Shown piece by piece: positions 26,303 through 31,948 of a DNA stretch of 31,948 nucleotides. The notes under the pieces are model-generated. The model saw nothing but the letters and a program-made list of their open reading frames with translations, was not told the origin of the DNA and did not search any database. How positions within the stretch are numbered: position 1 is the stretch's first letter; each line of letters begins with the position of its first letter. The DNA lies in IMG/VR virus record IMGVR_UViG_3300005805_006431, positions 1-31,948 of that record. One strand, written 5' to 3'. The position numbers and the translations under genes were made by a program. Source of the stretch: a virus (lineage: Duplodnaviria > Caudoviricetes).

Positions 26303-27133
26303 TTATTCTTCGTTAAATAACTCGTCAAACTTAGAAGCGACATTACCTGGTTTACTATCTGGAGTAAACGGAGTATCATCTTCTTCCTCTGCTACAGCAA
26401 TAACCTCTTCTGTTTGTTCAGTGGTAGGTGTTTCTGCTGCTTCTTGAGGATTAATGTAGTTTTGGAGCATTGTCTTGATTTCATCATAAGTGTACTTCTT
26501 ATACACCTCTGTGATTTCTTTCTGATTCTCCAACACTTTTTGTACGAGTGCTGCATCTTCTGAGATAGCAGATACGTTTCTCTTAGGAGTTACGTTTACA
26601 GCTACATAGTTTACATCACGCTTACCGATCTTGATAACATCGTTGTAACCTTCAATGGTTAAATCTGTACCATTGGTTACATCAGCAATGTCACCGAAGT
26701 CATCATCTGCCATGATGCTTAGTAGTTTTTCGTAAGTGGTCTTGTTAAATTCCCAAATACGTGCACCCAAGTTTTCTTCACCGCGTACTAATACTTGTGC
26801 ATAGTACTTGGTTCTTGGTCTGAGTTTTGATGCGAGAGCTTTGCTGTCCTCAGTGTTTTCATTGTAAAGTTCTTTTACCAACTGAACTACTGGATCTTGC
26901 TCTCCGAAGTTTTCAAGATTGTAAACACTTTTCTTGAAAATGTTGTACTGGTGAAAACTTACTTCTGCAAATGGAAAATCTCTGTTAGATTTTCTTGGTA
27001 GGATTCTGACTACTTGCTTTCCGAGTTTTGGTTTCCAGAAAAGAGCTGCGTAATCGATTTTTTCGTAAGCTGATGTTGAGGATTTAGATTGCAGCTTAGA
27101 CAATCTTTCTTTGATTAGATCAATCTTAGACAT
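26303..27133 (-). CDS. Single-stranded DNA-binding protein (T4 gp32-like)
   Basis: FWKP...VRILP, DPV, YGD-like DFGDIAD..GTDL, acidic tail ending FDELFNEE. Adjacent to the recombinase. Confidence 0.75.
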   Translation of the reverse strand: MSKIDLIKERLSKLQSKSSTSAYEKIDYAALFWKPKLGKQVVRILPRKSNRDFPFAEVSFHQYNIFKKSVYNLENFGEQDPVVQLVKELYNENTEDSKALASKLRPRTKYYAQVLVRGEENLGARIWEFNKTTYEKLLSIMADDDFGDIADVTNGTDLTIEGYNDVIKIGKRDVNYVAVNVTPKRNVSAISEDAALVQKVLENQKEITEVYKKYTYDEIKTMLQNYINPQEAAETPTTEQTEEVIAVAEEEDDTPFTPDSKPGNVASKFDELFNEE

Positions 27134-27155
27134 AACGATAAATTTTAATAGTTAA

Positions 27156-27186
27156 CAAAAATAAAGAAAAGAAATCAGAATACAAA
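27156..27186 (-). promoter_or_regulatory. Bacteroidota primary-sigma promoter
   Basis: TTTG (27186-27183), 19-nt spacer, TATTTTTG (27163-27156), upstream of the SSB gene. Confidence 0.7.
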
Positions 27187-27636
27187 TTATTTTGCAGAAT
27201 TATTTTTATCCACATTGATGATCTCGTGGATTTTGGTCTGCAGCTTTACAAACTTGTCGTTTTGGGTAAGCAGGATGCTATTACGGTAATCTTCCCAATT
27301 GATTTTGAAGTTGGGATCCCGTACTCCATTGTTGAGGGATTCTACAAGCTTGTTGAGAGAGTTGATAGTGTACAGTACGTTGCACTCCTTCCTGCGGTGC
27401 ATTAGAATAGTGTTGGGAAGGATTGATTTTTTGTCTACGTTTTCAGCTTCAATATTGTATGTGCAGACGTATTCGTTTGGATTGCTAGTTTCTAGCACGA
27501 AAATCTTCGCATAGATGATCTCATACCGACTTTGGATCTCATCTATCGTAGCCTGTAGATCTTCTTTTTTCGTAAACGTGCAGAATAGCTTGTTCAAGTA
27601 ATCTATTGTTGATTCAAAAAATTCATTGTATATCAT
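27187..27636 (-). CDS. Hypothetical protein in the replication module
   Basis: 149 aa (NKLFCTF...CTYNI...TILMHRRKE.N.LYTINSLN...W..Y.N). No function recognised. Confidence 0.75.
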   Translation of the reverse strand: MIYNEFFESTIDYLNKLFCTFTKKEDLQATIDEIQSRYEIIYAKIFVLETSNPNEYVCTYNIEAENVDKKSILPNTILMHRRKECNVLYTINSLNKLVESLNNGVRDPNFKINWEDYRNSILLTQNDKFVKLQTKIHEIINVDKNNSAK

Positions 27637-27665
27637 AGATAAATATTAAAAAAGTGAGGTAAAAT

Positions 27666-29003
27666 TTATAAAATCTTCATTTCTTGATAGTTAGGACCGT
27701 ATTTGCATGAAACTTTGTATCCATCCTGCTGTAATATGGCTTGAATGTCACAAAGAATCTGCTTTCCGTCCTTTTTGCTGTAGTCAAACAGGAAAGAATC
27801 ATAGTTGTATAAAACAAGCTTAGTCTGCTTATCCTCCAGTAATTTAAGTATATCATTGAGTATCAGTATGTTACGTTCTGTTTCGTAGTTTTGTAATACA
27901 TAAGGCAGCACTTGTGTTTTAGAAGTTATCCCCCTAATAGGTCTTTTTGATAGAAAACTTTCAATATACCCCTTATTTTTATAGAAATTCCACAGAGATT
28001 CCTTTAACTTCTTAACTTTTGCAAAAAATGGAATGTCCTCTATTTCTTTTTTCACAGAATCAGTGTACAGCAATTTGAATGTCAAAGCCTTGCTCTCCTC
28101 ATACTGTTCTCTAGTTATTTCATCTGTACCAAAATAGTACTTGGCTAGGTGAGTATGGATATCGTCATTCTCAAAGCTATACCCGCATTGATACGCTAAT
28201 ATACGAACGTGATACGATTGGAAATCAAACTCAAGCATCATGTCGTTAGAAGGTATAAATGCAGCCCTGCTACCGTCATTCTTATTTAATGCAGCGAAGT
28301 TGATACCATTGAATGAATTAGAGGGTCTTCCTGTGACAGTGAAGAGATTGTAGTGGGTATAGATAATGTCTGATTTAACTCCCATTAAAAGCGATTTAGG
28401 CTCGTAATGCTGCATAAATCGTTCATTGTTGATCTTTATACCTATCTTCTCTATATTGCTGAATATGGTGGTTGCTAGGTCTCCATACAGCTTGTAATAC
28501 TTTGATTTGAACCATGCTGTATCAAATTTGAGATCAGCTACAAGATTCTCATATTTCTCAAAGTGTTTGCATATAGGAATGATCTTGTTTATGTCTGGTC
28601 TAAATTCATACTTCTGCTGAAAGAATCTATGCGCCATGGTATTGTACTTAGATTCCTCCAGCACCTCTCCTGTGGATAGATACTTTCCCAGACTCACGCA
28701 GTATACATTATTTTCTCTATTAACAAATGACTTGAATCTTTTTGCATCTATAGCATAGATGTTGCCTGGTTTGCTAATAATAAAGGATAATACTTGTTCT
28801 TTTGAAAGAGAGAAGGCCTCTGTGTGATCTACGCACAGGATAAATCCCATTCTAGACCTAAAAGGCTTTATGTATACTAATGATATCTCTGCTATGCTTG
28901 GATGGCAGTTATCATTGAATGGAATAATATCAATGAAGCAATTGGTAAAATCGTATTGGGAGAATTTCTGCAGCTGCTGTTCTGTCTCAATAATATAATA
29001 CAC
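27666..29003 (-). CDS. Short, divergent family A polymerase-like protein
   Basis: TVTGRPSN, SRAAF, motif A LEFDFQSYHVR, DIH, motif B SKALTFKLLY, LQNYET, motif C YNYDSFLFD. N-terminus lacks recognisable Exo motifs. GTG start. Confidence 0.8.
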   Translation of the reverse strand: MYYIIETEQQLQKFSQYDFTNCFIDIIPFNDNCHPSIAEISLVYIKPFRSRMGFILCVDHTEAFSLSKEQVLSFIISKPGNIYAIDAKRFKSFVNRENNVYCVSLGKYLSTGEVLEESKYNTMAHRFFQQKYEFRPDINKIIPICKHFEKYENLVADLKFDTAWFKSKYYKLYGDLATTIFSNIEKIGIKINNERFMQHYEPKSLLMGVKSDIIYTHYNLFTVTGRPSNSFNGINFAALNKNDGSRAAFIPSNDMMLEFDFQSYHVRILAYQCGYSFENDDIHTHLAKYYFGTDEITREQYEESKALTFKLLYTDSVKKEIEDIPFFAKVKKLKESLWNFYKNKGYIESFLSKRPIRGITSKTQVLPYVLQNYETERNILILNDILKLLEDKQTKLVLYNYDSFLFDYSKKDGKQILCDIQAILQQDGYKVSCKYGPNYQEMKIL

Positions 29004-29019
29004 TTACATAACCTTTGTA

Positions 29020-29051
29020 CAAATATAGGTTATTTTGCGTATTGAGACAAA
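29020..29051 (-). promoter_or_regulatory. Bacteroidota primary-sigma promoter
   Basis: TTTG (29051-29048), 20-nt spacer, TATATTTG (29027-29020), upstream of the short PolA. Confidence 0.7.
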
Positions 29052-29554
29052 TTTTTAAAATAATTCTTTACTCCCACTATTGTTTTTTCTACAATATCAA
29101 GAGTTCTTTTATTTGTATCTATTATTCCGTATATTGGGAGATTGGGATCAGATAAATCATCATATAGGGCCCCTGTTATCTTCCAATCGAACTTTGCAGT
29201 AACATACAGAGGGTCTCTTGTAGCTTTGTTATAATCTACTTCGTTTACTTCAGTGATTGTTTCTAATCCACTGTTTACTCTTTTCGTTACGTACCTAGTG
29301 AAACTGCCTTTGTTATAATCCTGTTGTGTAGGCATTGGGTAAAAGAACGCAGGAGGTACAGATTGATTTGATACAAACGGAGATGTAGCAGGAACTAATT
29401 CAACTGTAGATGTAGAATACTGTTTGCCTGAAAAGAATCTATTATCATTTGTAGCATAGTAATATCCTGTGTACGGAACTTTAGTGCTTTTAATTATGTA
29501 CTCACTTCCTGAGGTATATTTTACTGCTAATATTTCTGATAATGGGTAATACAT
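29030..29554 (-). CDS. Hypothetical phage protein
   Basis: 174-aa Tyr-rich ORF immediately downstream of the large structural-like gene. Confidence 0.7.
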   Translation of the reverse strand: MYYPLSEILAVKYTSGSEYIIKSTKVPYTGYYYATNDNRFFSGKQYSTSTVELVPATSPFVSNQSVPPAFFYPMPTQQDYNKGSFTRYVTKRVNSGLETITEVNEVDYNKATRDPLYVTAKFDWKITGALYDDLSDPNLPIYGIIDTNKRTLDIVEKTIVGVKNYFKNLSQYAK

Positions 29555-29564
29555 TCTTTATGTC

Positions 29565-31948
29565 TTAAAATAATCCTGCTCCTAATCCTGTTTCTGGTAA
29601 AATATCTAACTTATATCCTACGGCTCTTGGTATAGGTTTTCTTAGCAATCCTGTTGGGGTTATTGCTCTAGAAGGATTTACTAAATCAAAAGTAACATTT
29701 TTGTTACCTGCTTTAACTTTTGAGATTAAATTCAACAAATCTTGGGTAAAAAGGTTTGAAAGATCAGGGTCGCCCTTTAGAACTGCAAATAGTCCTGTTT
29801 TCAATATAAGATTTTGAACTTGCTCTGGTTCGCTTATATTATCAAATCTTTCAAATAGACTTGTATTTTTATTTTCAACTAAATATTTGTCGGATAAATC
29901 TTTAACTATAACAGACAAATCAATGCCTTCTACTGGATAGTTGACTATAGCTGCGTCTGTGTACGTATTAGCTTTCGTTTTTATTATAGGATTTTTAGAA
30001 TCTAATGCTATATATGGTTCTCTAAACAGCCCTCTAAATATCCTGTTCCCGTTAAGTTTATACTCTCCTTTTAACATATCTACTGTAACAGCAGCTAAAA
30101 TGTTAAATATATGTATCAAAGAAAGTAATTTTTGCGTGTCAGACTCTGCTTCTTTAGATAGACCCTCAAGGATTCTTTTAGATGTATCTGATGCTTCTTT
30201 CTGCCTTGCTGCCTGATCTAACAAGCAAAGCATAGTTGTTAAACTAGTAGTCCATGCATTAGTATTAACATCATTGCTTAGTCCGGTTATAATAAACCCA
30301 ACTCTTTTATTTTCATAATCTTTAGGCAGTACATCTTTGTTTACTGTTATAATTTCTCCTATGGTAAACCCAGATATTCCATCAACAGTAAGTTCTATAG
30401 AAATAGGCACTACCGCTTTATAATCGGTGCCCCTATCTATCTGAACCAATAAAGAGTTTAAATATGAATTTGCAGATTCAGCACTTAGTTTAAATTCAGG
30501 AACAGGGCTTAATCCCCTTAAAACATACTGACTTACATATTCAATTAAAACTTGTAAATTGTTTATGTAAATTTCTCTAGCTTTCTTTTCCTCATTTTGA
30601 ATATAAGAAGTATCCGATAGCTCTTGAAATATTCGGCTAGTCAATCCCTTGTTTAAATAATTATAAGTCGACGTTTGTATTGCTGATACATTTTCTCTGT
30701 TTTGAGCTGAGATAGCGATCATGGTTGCTTGAGAAGGAAATATCTTAGACATTATCTTATGACTACGAACAATTGAGTTATTACCAGAAACATTCATTTT
30801 AAACTTATTGTCAAACTTAGAACTTGCTGGTGTTTCTACATAGTGTTTATCTATAATGACTACCTTGTTATCATTTACGTATTTATCAAAATCATTTATA
30901 GAACCCAATGCAAAAGATACTTGCGACAACACTTCTGATATAAACTTTCCTAGATATACAAACCCTCCGTTCTCCTTATTTTGCTTTTTGTATATTTCTA
31001 TTATATTGGCAATGTTTAGGTAGATGTTTTTTATCTGTCCAAAATTAGTATCTGCATACAAGTACGGTTCTAGTTTTTGTCCTACTACACTGGGGTCAAA
31101 CTTTTGATCTCCGTTTTTATTTACAGTAGGATATTCTTCAGATGGAATTAAATTAGGAACAAATCCTTTTGACGTCTTTCCATCTTCATCTTCTTTATAA
31201 AATAGTGTAGCTTTTTCATTTTTTATTAAACAAATTGTTGGATCTACACTTACACTATTGAAAGAGGCCTGGCATAAACCATTTGATAAATTGTCTAAGT
31301 TTTCTGGAGTAGCGGGGATCTCAATATTAAATAAAGGTTGTTTAGATGTATCATATAGGTTTTTAAAAACATTTAATACATGTAAAAAATATCCCATTTG
31401 AATATATTGATACAACCTCCTGTCTCCTGGAATTCCTTTTGATTGCTTACTGAAGAATAAGACATCTGAATAAGTATATATCGATTTATCTATACTCTTT
31501 TTGTCTTTTTCTTTTATGTCATTGTCTATTTTAGTAATAACTGGATATCCATCCCTTTTGTTTTTAGGAGTTAAACTGCAGTATTGATCCATCAGTTTTT
31601 CAAACTGGGTTTTCAGTTCTTTTCCTAAAGTCTGCGGTGATGTGCCTTGTGCTGTATTTCCATTTTCAGCAGACTCAATTTTTGCAGTGTCTACAGTTTC
31701 TACTATTTCGGAAGTTAAATTATTCATTCGTATAGAATCAATAACGTCTCCTATGCTAATCAAAACAGTTGTACATTCGTATCCACCGTTTGGCATTAGA
31801 ACGTATTCAAAGTTCTTTATAGAACCAAGAACTCCATCATAATTACCAGAGTATTTTACTCTAAGATTTTCTAATTGATTATATATTCCTTCTTGTGTTT
31901 GTCCTAAAGAAAAACAATCCATTGTATTAAAAGCAGAATCTCCTATTC
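29565..31948 (-). CDS. Large protein, probably a tail/baseplate hub-like virion protein (5' end outside the window)
   Basis: The frame stays open from ATG 31922 to the window edge. NYDGVLG.IKNF...GGYECT and PISIELTVDGISGFTIG...FIITGLSNDV....WTTSL resemble beta-barrel hub (gp27/VgrG-like) segments. The function is inferred. Confidence 0.5.
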   Translation of the reverse strand, partial: IGDSAFNTMDCFSLGQTQEGIYNQLENLRVKYSGNYDGVLGSIKNFEYVLMPNGGYECTTVLISIGDVIDSIRMNNLTSEIVETVDTAKIESAENGNTAQGTSPQTLGKELKTQFEKLMDQYCSLTPKNKRDGYPVITKIDNDIKEKDKKSIDKSIYTYSDVLFFSKQSKGIPGDRRLYQYIQMGYFLHVLNVFKNLYDTSKQPLFNIEIPATPENLDNLSNGLCQASFNSVSVDPTICLIKNEKATLFYKEDEDGKTSKGFVPNLIPSEEYPTVNKNGDQKFDPSVVGQKLEPYLYADTNFGQIKNIYLNIANIIEIYKKQNKENGGFVYLGKFISEVLSQVSFALGSINDFDKYVNDNKVVIIDKHYVETPASSKFDNKFKMNVSGNNSIVRSHKIMSKIFPSQATMIAISAQNRENVSAIQTSTYNYLNKGLTSRIFQELSDTSYIQNEEKKAREIYINNLQVLIEYVSQYVLRGLSPVPEFKLSAESANSYLNSLLVQIDRGTDYKAVVPISIELTVDGISGFTIGEIITVNKDVLPKDYENKRVGFIITGLSNDVNTNAWTTSLTTMLCLLDQAARQKEASDTSKRILEGLSKEAESDTQKLLSLIHIFNILAAVTVDMLKGEYKLNGNRIFRGLFREPYIALDSKNPIIKTKANTYTDAAIVNYPVEGIDLSVIVKDLSDKYLVENKNTSLFERFDNISEPEQVQNLILKTGLFAVLKGDPDLSNLFTQDLLNLISKVKAGNKNVTFDLVNPSRAITPTGLLRKPIPRAVGYKLDILPETGLGAGLF

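Noticed and set aside
16900-29003. The two PolA genes as halves of one split or intron-interrupted polymerase
   Set aside because: Each carries its own motifs A, B and C, so they are paralogs. No intein or intron signatures were noticed in polA, nrdJ, helicase or recA.
1811-31842. All plus-strand ORFs in the track (60-159 aa) and the nested minus-strand ORFs 2752-2967 and 22234-22437
   Set aside because: They lie antisense to, or out of frame within, well-supported genes and show no motifs. They are shadow ORFs.
1-31948. Stop-codon reassignment, as seen in some Bacteroidota phages
   Set aside because: Genes are full length in code 11, and TAA, TGA and TAG (e.g. 13035, 20372, 22829) all end genes at sensible positions.
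1-31948. tRNA or rRNA genes
   Set aside because: Only one intergenic gap is long enough, and no cloverleaf or T-loop signature was seen in it.

Overview
This window is part of a large dsDNA tailed phage genome, not a cellular chromosome. Every real gene is on the minus strand, tightly packed, in genetic code 11. The host is very probably Bacteroidota: there are four intergenic TTTG-N19/20-TAnnTTTG promoters, A-rich leaders largely without Shine-Dalgarno sites, and a signal peptide followed by Gln. In transcription order (right to left) the window has five blocks. (1) A probable tail/baseplate gene cut by the window edge. (2) A replication module: an atypical short PolA-like protein, a conserved hypothetical, gp32-like SSB, RecA/UvsX, a 5'-3' flap exonuclease and a DnaB/gp41 helicase. 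(3) A nucleotide-metabolism block: class II RNR, thioredoxin, a DUF5522-like Cys peptide and a C-terminally extended dUTPase, followed by a second, conventional exo+ PolA. (4) GroES and GroEL split by a lipoprotein and a small ORF, then a Cas4/AddB-like nuclease. (5) A ~12.7 kb glycosylation island headed by a small RHH-like gene with an upstream inverted repeat. The island holds 8-9 soluble glycosyltransferases including a GT17/MGAT3-like one, 2 methyltransferases, an NDP-sugar epimerase, a short NDP-sugar dehydrogenase and a secreted nuclease, and is followed by a partial WYL-like gene. The most interesting candidates are the short PolA paralog with an altered steric gate and motif C (possibly RNA/primer-synthesising), the ATG-TAA start-stop in front of it, and the export-less glycan-building island. 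All family calls come from reading motifs by eye; no database searches were run.
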